Made by a program: the position numbers and the translations under genes. The notes below the pieces were generated by a model, which saw nothing but the letters and a program-made list of their open reading frames with translations, did not search any database and had not been told where the DNA came from. Shown one piece after another: positions 38,278 to 49,800 of a stretch of DNA of 63,842 nucleotides; position 1 is the first letter of the stretch, and the number at the start of each line of letters is the position of its first letter. The stretch is from Amphiscolops sp. MND2022 (taxonomy: Eukaryota), in assembly GCA_964187785.1 (NCBI GenBank), contig OZ076409.1, positions 87,670,159 to 87,734,000 of the forward strand, given 5' to 3'.

Positions 38278-40238
38278 TGTCGCAGGCTGCCGCCTGTGAC
38301 GGTACAAGAATCACTACTACCGCAGAAGGGCAGGAAGTTGCGGCCGGAACTCTACCAATATATTAGAGGTAAACATTAAAAACACAAACTTTGTTGCTAT
38401 TTTTTTAGTCTACAAGTTATACCTGTTATCGTTGCGAATTTTACACTTAGTATATAATTTGTTGATATTAGTCCGTTAATGCCCACATTTGGAAATTCAG
38501 ATGCTGTATTGGTAATTGTAAGAGCTAGATGTGCAGTATAAACACGCTGTTATAGCAATAGGTAGGCAGCTAGAAAGCATAAAGGAAACGAGTTCAAGTG
38601 AACGTAACTCCAATTCCGGAGACGTCACTTGAGCTCAACCTGCTAGCCAATCATATTCATCTATTTGTGCAATAGTAGTGCTGTATTTAATTAATGGCCG
38701 GTTTAGGCCATATGCCGGAATTTCACCTTTATCTATTGGCGCTTTAGTCAAACGGCCGGTTCCGGCCTTAATGTTTAGATGAAAGGATATTAATGAGAAT
38801 ACTGTTGCGTTTCGTTAAATAGTAATCTAATCACGTTGATGTACTAATTAAACGTTCATTTTGGCTAATTGGAGCTTTATTTTGTCCATTCCAATATTAG
38901 GCCGAATAAGGCCGTTTGCCTGATTTCTACCCTCTGTTGCTATGACCAATTGGACAATGGCCGGTCGAGGCCCCTTTTCGATGCTATTATTCAGATGTTA
39001 ATTATGATCATTTAGTGTACTTTAAATGTCACGTATAATCACAAGTACACTGTAAAACTCATGTAACTTTGAAATTAATTGGTATAATCGATACCAATGT
39101 ATGATGTTGCTGCCAGTATTAGCCCAAAGGACATGTCTGACCATATTTATTAGTTGACACATGGTATCTACGTGCACACTATATAAAGGAAAATGTGTGC
39201 TGTTACATGTAACATTGATGTATACAAGTTGATGTAGCTTGCTAATGGGGCACGTGCCGACACGAGACTGTCAACATTCCCGAAATATTAGCGGCGTAAA
39301 CATTTTAATCGATGCTATTTGATGTACCGTGTGCCTTTTGAATACTTGTTACAGTAGTCAAAACAGGAATTTGATCGGCCGCGTGATTTTACGATCACGA
39401 TTCGGCGGTACTTTGATGCTCGCATAGTTGAGTTAAGTCAGGTGCTTTCGGAATGTGTTTGTAACATTTTTAGCTGTTTGCATCATGTTTATCCCGCCCA
39501 AGGAAGTATATATAGGGGCAGCTTCCTTTGGGTGGACACAATTTTGTTATGCTCCCAGTATTCAGTTGACAACACTTTCTTGTTAACAATCACCAATTCT
39601 GTTTTCCGGTTTTAATAATTTAATTATTCAACCCGGTTTAGTCTTGATGCCTACTACCAGAAAACAAAAGAAAGCTAGAAAGTCTAGAGGACTTGAGATG
39701 TTATCAGATATTGAAAATCTGGATATCATGTTAGGCGAAAATCATTTTGATAGAAATGAGAGAAATGAAAGTGTGAACAGTAATCAGGCCAGTAGACCAG
39801 AAAGCTTATTTGGAGATGAACTTGGAGAAGTGAATGAGAATGGGTCCCCAAACCCTGGAAATAATGGACCAAGTCCAAATACCGAATTAGGCCATAATTC
39901 AATCAGAGAGTGTTCAAGCGTTGAGATCAATAGATTGTCGAGTGAGTTAAATTCTCGTATATCTCGAGAGATGGACGAAATGATGAATAGCGTCAGTGTT
40001 CAGATTCAAAGGGCCATAAATGAGGCAATTAATAGCCAAATTTTGCCTCAAATCCAAAACGTAGTTATGGCCGGGTCGGGACAATTGACCAAAGAGAGAT
40101 GGAACGTTCCGGCCGAGAGACCGGAAGGATATTCCGAAGTACTGCAAAACTCAGAACCTAGGAACAATTCTAAGAATAAACAGACCAACGACCGTCCTAA
40201 AGACGGATTCACAAGCACAAACTCTCGTGCTTACGACA
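38278..40238 (+). repeat. Element A 5' LTR (1961 bp)
   Basis: Direct repeat of 52706-54666, with 3 substitutions noticed by eye. Confidence 0.97.
39507..39514 (+). promoter_or_regulatory. LTR TATA box (TATATATA)
   Basis: Starts 140 nt upstream of the Gag ATG at 39647; position conserved across families. Confidence 0.6.
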
Positions 40239-41365
40239 TGGTGACAGGAGAAAACGAATCTCCAATCGAAGTTCCTGAGTTTCTCACGGGACGAGTCTCA
40301 TCCAGAAACCATCTCGACAGGTCCTATGAGGATATTAACCTTGACACGACGATCCCAGCACAAGAGAGAAATGCTCCGGCTGCTCAAACTGACCCTATTA
40401 CTCGACTAGCAGATGTCTTGACAACGATGCAGAATAGGCCGACAGCCCAACAACTCACTATACGCCCAGTCAATTCAAATACCATGACATTCGATGGCAA
40501 AAGTGAGAAATTTGAGCTGTTCGAAGATCTATTTCACACTATGATCAAGATGCAGCCAGAAATGACTGAGCAGATGAAGATCAACCACTTCCACTCTTTA
40601 TTGAGGAAGAATGCTCTCCAGACGTTCAGAAATATCAGCTCAAGCAACCGACAAACTCTAGAGGATGTATTAGTCATCTTTAGACGGAAATACGTCAAGC
40701 CCGAGTCACAGGCGACTGCCAAACATAAATGGCACCGTCTAGTCTTCGATCCCAATACGATGAAGCTGCCTGATTTTCTCGAAGAATTGAACCAGGGAGC
40801 CGAGAAGGCGTTTGGTGATCATGCACAGAAAATGATTGACAGCTTGCTCTACGCAAAGCTGCCACCTAAGTTGAAACGATCTGTCAACATGGCCAGATTA
40901 GAAAATGGCTCATATGATGAAATTGTTGCTCATTTGGAGAGAGAGTTAGAACTCAATGCCCTTGAGGAATCAGATGACCTACCAATGGCCACAATGACCT
41001 CCTCGACAACAAAATCCAAAACTCCTCTAACAACTGGGCAAATGTCGGACATCACTTGCAACTATTGCAAGGAGAAGGGCCATATGGTCAAGGACTGTGA
41101 ACAACTGAAGAAGAAAAAGGAAAAAGATGCCCAACAAGGCAAAAAAACTCAGAAAAAGACGTATCCGGAGTGTGGCACTTGTGGTAAAAAGAACCACCCG
41201 GAAGAAAGATGTTGGCAAGGTGCTGGTGCGCATCTCAAACCCAAACGCACCAGACCAGATGACGCTAATGACGGTAAACCCAATTCAAAGGCGCAGAAAC
41301 CACAAAACAAATCAACATCTTCCAACTCACAGGCCTCATCTTCCAACGATGAGTCAAAAAACTAA
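39647..41365 (+). CDS. gag: Element A Gag (572 aa), first 197 codons inside the 5' LTR, two CCHC knuckles
   Basis: CNYCKEKGHMVKDC and CGTCGKKNHPEERC; uninterrupted across the LTR/PBS junction. Confidence 0.93.
   Translation: MPTTRKQKKARKSRGLEMLSDIENLDIMLGENHFDRNERNESVNSNQASRPESLFGDELGEVNENGSPNPGNNGPSPNTELGHNSIRECSSVEINRLSSELNSRISREMDEMMNSVSVQIQRAINEAINSQILPQIQNVVMAGSGQLTKERWNVPAERPEGYSEVLQNSEPRNNSKNKQTNDRPKDGFTSTNSRAYDMVTGENESPIEVPEFLTGRVSSRNHLDRSYEDINLDTTIPAQERNAPAAQTDPITRLADVLTTMQNRPTAQQLTIRPVNSNTMTFDGKSEKFELFEDLFHTMIKMQPEMTEQMKINHFHSLLRKNALQTFRNISSSNRQTLEDVLVIFRRKYVKPESQATAKHKWHRLVFDPNTMKLPDFLEELNQGAEKAFGDHAQKMIDSLLYAKLPPKLKRSVNMARLENGSYDEIVAHLERELELNALEESDDLPMATMTSSTTKSKTPLTTGQMSDITCNYCKEKGHMVKDCEQLKKKKEKDAQQGKKTQKKTYPECGTCGKKNHPEERCWQGAGAHLKPKRTRPDDANDGKPNSKAQKPQNKSTSSNSQASSSNDESKN
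40239..40250 (+). promoter_or_regulatory. Primer-binding site TGGTGACAGGAG inside the gag coding sequence
   Basis: Directly follows the LTR terminal CA. Confidence 0.85.
41356..41362 (+). other. -1 ribosomal frameshift heptamer A AAA AAC
   Basis: Immediately before the gag stop; the -1 frame is open into pol; the same heptamer occurs in B and T TTA AAC in C. Confidence 0.85.
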
Positions 41366-44300
41366 CTTCGCCACGACTCCAATACAATCAACTAATATCT
41401 GTCCGACAATACATCAGATCGGACCCTCCAACGCAAACTTTCCACCAATACAATCAACAATTGATGGGCTATCCCTCTGTTGTCTGGCAGCAGCAGATGG
41501 AAAAAGCTACCATTATTACTTACAATAATACCCATTTGTTCCAAAAACCAATTCCTGTATGGGACCCTGATTACACATCTGCTTTCAATAGCCGATTCAG
41601 GCCCATTCCCTTGGTAGACGATTACAACCCTACCTACATAGACCCCGATTATGGACGAGATCCCTATTGGGACACGGAACTCTACAACCAAGATCTGCTA
41701 CAATTCCAATACGTCATTGATGATATCGAACTCTACAATAAATCAGCCCATGAAAACCCTCCAATCACCCACAACAAGAAAACTAGAGCATTGATCGAAA
41801 CCTGGCAAATGAATGATGGCACAAGCCATCCGGTGTTCCCAAATCCCCTGGGGACCGAGAATACTGAAAACAGTGGTGAAATCACGCCACAATCATTATT
41901 AGATGAAAAACAATTCCAAAATATACTCATCACCAGAGATGGTGAACCAGACTGTATACCCCTGTCAACCAACATCAATCTCAAATGCAAAAAACGCATG
42001 CTTTACTTCCCAATGGACTTTGGCGAGTTGACCATAGACGGACTAATTGATACTGGGGCACTATCCAGTGCGATCCCAGAAATGGACCTCCGGAAAATTC
42101 GCCTTTTATCACCACAATCTGTTATCCGAGAAGGTCCACCTCCGAATTTCCAAATAATGGTCGCTAATGGTCAACTGGAAACTCCCAAAAGTACCATAGA
42201 ACTCAAATTTGAAGTTGGTGATATCGAGTTTCATGAGATTTTCATAGTCATGGAACATTTGACAGGACCGATCATTGGACTAATGTTCCTGCAGAGAAAT
42301 CATACAGTTCTGGACATGAGACAAGGAATCTTGAACTTCCCGTTCTTTTCAATGCAGCTAAAAACAGCTGACCATAAATACTCAAATGTGCTAGAACCAA
42401 TTCTCAACCCTACTGAAATAACCATTCCGCCAAACGATAGAGTCCTAATCAGGACCAATTCCCTGCTGTACCCTGAGAATGCTGTCACTGGAATTTTACA
42501 ACCGAGCGACCTTCTACATGAAGAAGGCGACATCACATTCTGCCCAGCCTTGGTCACTCTGAATGACGGCAATATATTGATACCTGTGAACAACTTCACA
42601 GACCACCCTTATAAACTCAAAAAGGGACTACATATTGCCAATTTCTCTGTCATGACGCCAGAACAGATGAAGTATGTCAAACCGGTAGACCCGGCATCAA
42701 CCTGGCACCTTTTGCAGAATGACCAGGAGCAAGCAGCTCATTATGTCAGCAGTCTCATCAAAACCAATAGAAATCCACAAAACTCTGAAAATTATTGGTT
42801 CCCAACTCCAGAAAACCCTGGAAATCCAGAGGAACACACACCCAAACAAAAACGAATACTACGCGAGTTACAGGCCTTACAGGACCTGGAGACACTCGAC
42901 CCCACCACAGACGCAGAATCGTGTGCAAAATTTTTACAAAACTTTGATTGGCAAGATTCCACCCTTACTCCTGGAGAGAAGGAGAAAATTGAGGAACTGT
43001 TAGTGGAATTCCATGACATCTTTGCACGACACCGATTTGATATAGGCATGAACGAGGAATTCAAAGTGAAACTGACACCTAAGGACGACTCCCCAGCCTA
43101 TAGTCAAAGCCTTCCAGCTCCTATCAATCTGAAAGAGGACATATTAGTCGAATTAGCCATGCTCCACAAATATGGCATAATAACTACTTTACCGTTCTCG
43201 AAATACGCCAGCCCAATATTCGCCCAAAAGAAACCAAATGGGAAGCTACGACTTTTGGTTGACTTGAGGAAAATCAACAATCTCATCTCGGATGATTATA
43301 TCAACAATAATCACCCTGTTAGCACCCTGGTTGACGCTGCCCAACACTTGGCAGGCAAAAAACTGTTCTGTAAATTAGACTGTTCGCAGGCATACCACTG
43401 CCTACCAATGGCCGACCAACGCTCAATCGAAATGTTGGCCTTCAATTTTGCCAGTCGTACATTTGCGTACAGACGCTTGGCACAAGGCCTTAGTCGCTCA
43501 CTATCCGCATTCTCGAGTTTCATGAGGGAATACCTCGACAAAGTCATTAAAGCGGATCAGTGCGCCCAGTATGTGGACGATATCGGCATCGCAGCCAATG
43601 ATGTTGACCACCTCATAATGAACCTGAGAGCAACATTCAAATGCATTCAGGAAGCAGGCCTTAAGTTGACAATGCACAAATGTCATTTTGGTGCAAAAGA
43701 AATTGATTTTCTCGGACGGACTATTACCCCGCAAGGCGTCAAACCCCAGAAACAGAACGTGCAAAACTTTCTGGAAAAGACCAAATTCCCAAAGTTGAAA
43801 AAGGCTTTGCAGCGCTACTTGGGATTCTTGAACTACTACAGGAATTATGTCCCAAGACTCTCCGAACGCCTTGCTCCATTCTACAAGATGCTCAAAAGTG
43901 ACGAAAAGGTCCTAGTATCGAAAGAATGAGTCCAACAATTCGAAGAAATCAACAAGGCACTCGACAAATGCTGTGATTTAGCCCTACAACAACCTATCCC
44001 GAACAAACAAATCGCACTAATGACTGATGCAAGCTTTGGTGCAGCTGGATATGCAGTCTTAATAGAGGACGATCCGAACCAGAAATTCACATCTCTCCGA
44101 AAATCCTACGCACCAGTGGCTTATGGATCAAAAACCTTCACCCCAGCCCAGATTAAAATGTCAATATATGCCAAGGAATTTCTGGCAATTTACTTTGCAT
44201 TCAAAGAATTTGGACATATATTCTGGGGTGCGCCCAAACCGGTCATTATCCTTACCGACAACAAAGCTGTTACAAGATTTTTCCAAACGAAAATAATACC

Positions 44301-46566
44301 CCCAGCCCTCTGGAATGCATGCGATTATGTGATTCAGTTCAATTTTGTCATAGCGCATATCCCGGGAGCACAGAACACAGCGGCTGACTACATGTCCCGA
44401 TTGGAGGCAGATCCCAAGGATAAATTAGTCATGAAGATCCGTGAGGACGTACAGACTTTACCCATTGAGATAAATGTTCAATCTGCGGGGGTATCACAGG
44501 AAGAACAAATCTTCTATACGAATGATGAAGACGAGACAGAGGAACAGTATTGGGCAAGAAAAGAAGCAATCAGGAAGAATCCAATGACTGATGAGCCCAC
44601 TGTTACCATAGAAACTCTGTCAACCAATTTGGTCAAACAACAACCAGACATCCAAGTCCGATTAAAGAAAACAAACCAGATAATCATCGAGCAGTCCAAA
44701 GATGCAGTATTGCAACAATTGAAGGCAAAGCTCCTTCATGAAGACTATTCAGAAAACATACTGCAACAGGATGCCCGATATAGACACTACGCAAATAATC
44801 TAGAACGAATTGTACTCAAGGACGAAATCCTGACGAGGCAATATTTTGATGAAACAGGGAATGTTAAATACCATCAAATTCTACTCCCGCAACACTTACT
44901 CCGGGAATTGCTTCAATCCCTTCACGGAACACCGCATAAACACCCCGGGATTTCAAAAATGTTGCAGGAAATCAGACAAAGGTATTACTACCCTAGCATG
45001 GCTAAACACGTCAAAAAGTGGGTAGATGGGTGTGAACAATGCGCCAGAGACAAAAGAGTCCCTAACGCAACGATCACACCTGAGCTGCTCAACTTGCCCG
45101 AATGGGACCTTGGACCTGAAGACGCCATGCAAATTGACCTATTGCCGAATCTTCCCCCAAGTGGAGGGTATGAAAATGTCCTAACGGCAATTGATGTTTT
45201 CTCCAGATGTTTATTCGCTTATCCCCTTACAGACGCATCAGCGATCAATGTGGCAAAAGCGCTCATTGACATAATGACCAAGCATGCATATCTGCCAACA
45301 ACTCTTATTACTGATAAGGGTACTGCATTCACTTCTACGATTATTGCGGAGGTTACGCAAATTTTGGGCATTACACTCAAATGTGCAACGACAAAGCACC
45401 CGCAAACAATTGGGAAATTAGAGCGGACCCATGCCTCATTAAAGACAAACCTCAAAATGGCATGCGGGGAATACCGCCGACAATGGCATAAATATTTGCC
45501 ACTAGCAGTACTTAATCATAATACGAGTTACCATGCCAGTATTGGTTGTGAGCCAACGAGAGTATTCCATGGCAGAATTCCCTATAACATTCTGGATCAC
45601 AAGCTTGGAAATAATCCAAACGAAAAAATCAACCCTACAACCGAATTTGCAGAAGAAATCCAAAACCGGACAAAAATCCTAATTGACAAAACGAAGCAGA
45701 ACATTATGCAGTCGTACATCAAGTACAAAGAATATTACGACCGCAAAGCAAAAGCTGCTCCATTGAAGGAGAATGATTACTGTTTCGTCTTACAGCCGAA
45801 AGCGGATCACCAAGGATCAAAAATTCCATTCCGCGATTACCGTTGGGTTGGACCATTTGTAGTCCAAAAGGTTTTGCCAAATGAAAACTACATAGTACGA
45901 AGGATCAATACGAACAAAACTCAAATTTTGCACCGCATTCGCCTTAAAAGATTCATTCCCAATCAACCGCTTGAGGACAATTTCCGAGAACAACGTCTGC
46001 AGCCAGACGAAGAAATTGTCATTCCGCAAGACGACCTATACGTCATAACGTGGGAAACAGACTTTGGCGAACAGCTAGTTACACGAGGCAACGAACCTAT
46101 TCCGACTAGCTTGCCGAACGGCGAACGACCGAATACGGCAGAAACGAATACAAGTGACGTAACCGAGAATGAAGCGGATTACATAATCACGCGAGAAGAA
46201 TTAAACAACGACAACGCGACACACAACCGGAATGAACACTTGGATGATGACGTCACTGAGAGAAATAAAGCTACTGCAGTGACAGAAAATACCAAATCTG
46301 ATTGGCCGAATCCGGCCGTTTCCCCAAAAAACCAAGAAAATTCTTTGCCGAGTACGGCAGGTGGACCGGAAAATGATGAAATTTTTTCAGAAAGAAACTT
46401 GATGAAGGAAAACGATGCACAAAACTCTCCAAAAAGGGGGGATGATATTATCGTGCCCGAAATATCCGAAAGCGATGCTAGAAATGAAAGTCTGAGCCCT
46501 AGAGGAGGGAAATATAATCTCAGGCCTAACCCTAACCCAAACTACTCAGAAGACTTCAGATACTAG
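41356..46566 (+). CDS. pol: Element A Pol (protease LIDTGA, dUTPase-like, RT YVDD, RNase H, integrase with GPF), single in-frame TGA at 43927-43929
   Basis: ORFs 41461-43929 and 44020-46566 are in the same frame; colinear with B Pol. Confidence 0.95.
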
Positions 46567-46810
46567 GGAAGATTAAATTCTGCTCGAAAAGGAGCAGTGA
46601 ATAGTGTCTTCTCACTTTCATTTTTTCTTTTTTCTTTTTTTTCAGTCCCAAGCAAAGTTTTTCTGGATAAATAATGGGACATCTCACAACGATCCCTTCC
46701 AGGAAAATAAATACGGGATCAAGAAACCAAGAACAACAAGATGAAACAAATAATACAAACAGAAATGAACAAAGTTTACAGTCTGAAAGTACATAAATAC
46801 ATATGTACAT

Positions 46811-49800
46811 TTAGTCTTTAGAGGATCCTTGAACGGCTTTCTTGGATGCAGATGAAATTGTGGAACTGCTACTACCTGCTCGTTTCCTCTGCTTCTTAGA
46901 AGGCACCTTCACAGCTGAATCATCAGGGATGGACGAGGCGGTATCCTTTTCTATCCGGACAGAACGAGTAGAAGGAACAGCAGTAACGGCCTTATAGGAA
47001 GTGAGAAGACTCTTGTAGATCTTAGACCTACCAAACTCATCCACAAGGGTCCAAGGATCATAGTCGGCAGAGAAAGCAGAACGCTCGAAAGAAGAACTGA
47101 GGACTGAGAACTTCTCTAAATTGACATCCGAACAGCAATGAGAAATGGAATTGGGCACACAGGAAAGGTAACTCTGGCAAGGCACCACTAGATCGGCAAA
47201 ACGGCCCTGATACCCCGTTGTGTCAACACTCCCGAACAGTACTGGGGGATATTGGGGGCTAACACTGGTCAGACACAAACAGCAGAGTTTGAACAGATAG
47301 AACAAATGCTCATGAGTTTGGAAAAACTCAAGTCCCATTAGGAACTCTATGAGGTCGGTGGAGCTTTCCATCAAATCGAAATCTGGTGGGTAATTAACTC
47401 GGAGATAGTCCAATAGAGCCAGATACTCGTCTCGACAACTGTTCTCGTTGGCGCTAGTGACCCATGATCGGAGCTGGAAAGTAGAATATAACACATCGAA
47501 GTGCCGGAGTCCGACCTCAGAAGGCCTTTTGAAAAGCACGAAGGGATCAAAAGCAGCCAACCCCTTTATCAGTTCAGAGCTCCGACCGGCTTGACTAAGA
47601 ACTTGCTTGACTAGATATTGGATGAATTGCAGCGCCTCTTTGACAAAACTGCTGGTCGTCTCTGCAGCCGTCTTCTCGATAGCAGCCTTCTCTGATTTCT
47701 TATTCAGGTGTGTGACTTCCGCACTCTGTTTACTGGCTGTAGCTATCCGGTTTGTGAGACGGTGCCGGATAAGGAAGTCTTCCTCACTCATGAATTTGCC
47801 CTCGCTCACCTTGAACCCGAGAAGGAGAAACCACGAGTTCTCGAGGGGAATAGTCTCTGGCAAATAACATCGGGCGCACAGTTTCGAAACAAAGCGGCAA
47901 ACTTCCCCACAGAGGCAGAACGAAGCATCACGGCGACCCCGTAGGTTGATGGCGAAAATGGTAACGTCTGAAATACAATAGTTGGGATTATGAGAGGAAT
48001 AGGATATACAAACGAGACAATGTTGATAGTGATACAACAACTCAAGGAACTAGATTATCAGAACGATGCCTTGGCGCACTGACGTGAAATGAAACCGTAT
48101 ACTCACAATCGCCAATTATACGCTGGAAGAATTCCAATTTAGCAACGAAGAAGAAGTCACAGATGATGGACCATTCGAAGCTTTGAACTTGATTGTGAAC
48201 TCCTTGCATTCCTTGGTGAGGGGTGTGCGTAGTCAAGTACTGTCTGACTGCCTTCCAATTCTTCACAAGTTCTCGGCAAAGATTAGGGAGGCTTGGCAAA
48301 TCTAATTTGCAGGTGTCGATGGCCTTAAATGAACCAAATTGTCTCTCAAATGCACCTACATTCAAACCTTTAACTACATGAGTGAACTTAATATACTTAC
48401 TCTTCCCAGATCAGGAGATTCCAGAACCCAGTCCTCACCAGTAGCAGCTCCCAATGAAAGGCACTTCAGGACAGAGAAGAAGTCGATCCGTCCAAATACG
48501 CTGTAGGTGGGCTTGTGCATCATCTTCTGAAGCTGCAGCTGCTCAAAACGAAAGCAACTCTGCACTGCTCGGGGAAAGAACTCATTGTGATCTATGGTTT
48601 GGATCAGCTCTACAGAACATCCTGAACAGGCAACAATATCGGCTTTGGTTGAAACCACAGATAGTAGTCTGGATATCGAACCCAAGTCTCCAGTCAGATC
48701 GGCGGAGGGAAGCCCACTTCGGCACACAAAGACGCGACAAAGAGAATCGCCTTTCCAGAACTTGATGGACATGAGCCTATTCACGCCCACATTCTCAAAC
48801 TCGATAGCGAAGCATTGGGTGGTGGCAATTTGCTCTGCTAATTCACTCATGGCACAATTGAAAATGTGTTGGAAGATGGCCTAAAGAAGAAAAAGACAAT
48901 TATAAAATGTATAGGGAATATATACCCTCCCTGTGTAAATGTTAGCCTGAAAGGGAACTTACCGAGATCCGTTCTTCTCCCCAATCAAAGTCGCAATAGC
49001 TAGTTTGATAGTTCGTCAGAGATCCTATCTGAGCCCACAGTCTGCGGAGTACTCCAAGATCACCGTGGGTTTGCACGAAGTCTCCAACGAGGTGTATCTG
49101 TGTCTTGGCCCTCGACGCAGGAGTGACGAGTGTGGCTGACGTCCCTTTCACGAAGTCGTCATAGAATGGGAAGCGTTCTCCGATGTCTACTAGTTCGACG
49201 TGTATAAATTTGGGGAGTTCTTTCGCCAGCTCAATCTTGGTGAGGATCTTGCCGTTTCGCCCTCTGACCCGATGCTGCACCTTCCCAGTCACTGGATCAA
49301 CGCTTTTGAGATGCTCATAGCGCCACCTTTGATCACGCCTGAGGTGTTTTTCGGTCCTGTGGTGACGCAGAATCTCCAGTGTACCCTTCGTTTTTACAGA
49401 AATGTTCTTCTTGCATATATGGCACCACACCATATAAGGATTATGAAGAGGATCAGCGGGCCCAGAGATGAACGATCGGGTCCAGCCAATTTTGGAGAAG
49501 AATTCCTCCTTCATTGGAATGCCCCGTGTGTGGCCGCGCCGTTTCTTCTTGGGCAACTTGCTAGAGCTTGGAGCTAGAGGCTGTACTGGGACCGTCTGGG
49601 TGCGTAACTCAGAGAGCGTGGCATCGAGACTGGATTGGTCGGTGGATTCAAAACCCACTTGGGTAGGGTCAGCTCGAGAAGGTGGAACGTGGCTGAAAGG
49701 TTCTTTGAAAGCCTGTGAGATGAGTGCCATCTCGCCAGAACTGTCCGTATCATTGAAAGACTCTAACCCTCCACTCTCTTGGCCAGCACTGGATCCTTCG

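Noticed and set aside
43927..43929. Programmed stop-codon readthrough in pol
   Set aside because: B has a sense codon here and the context is not a typical readthrough signal; a point mutation is simpler.
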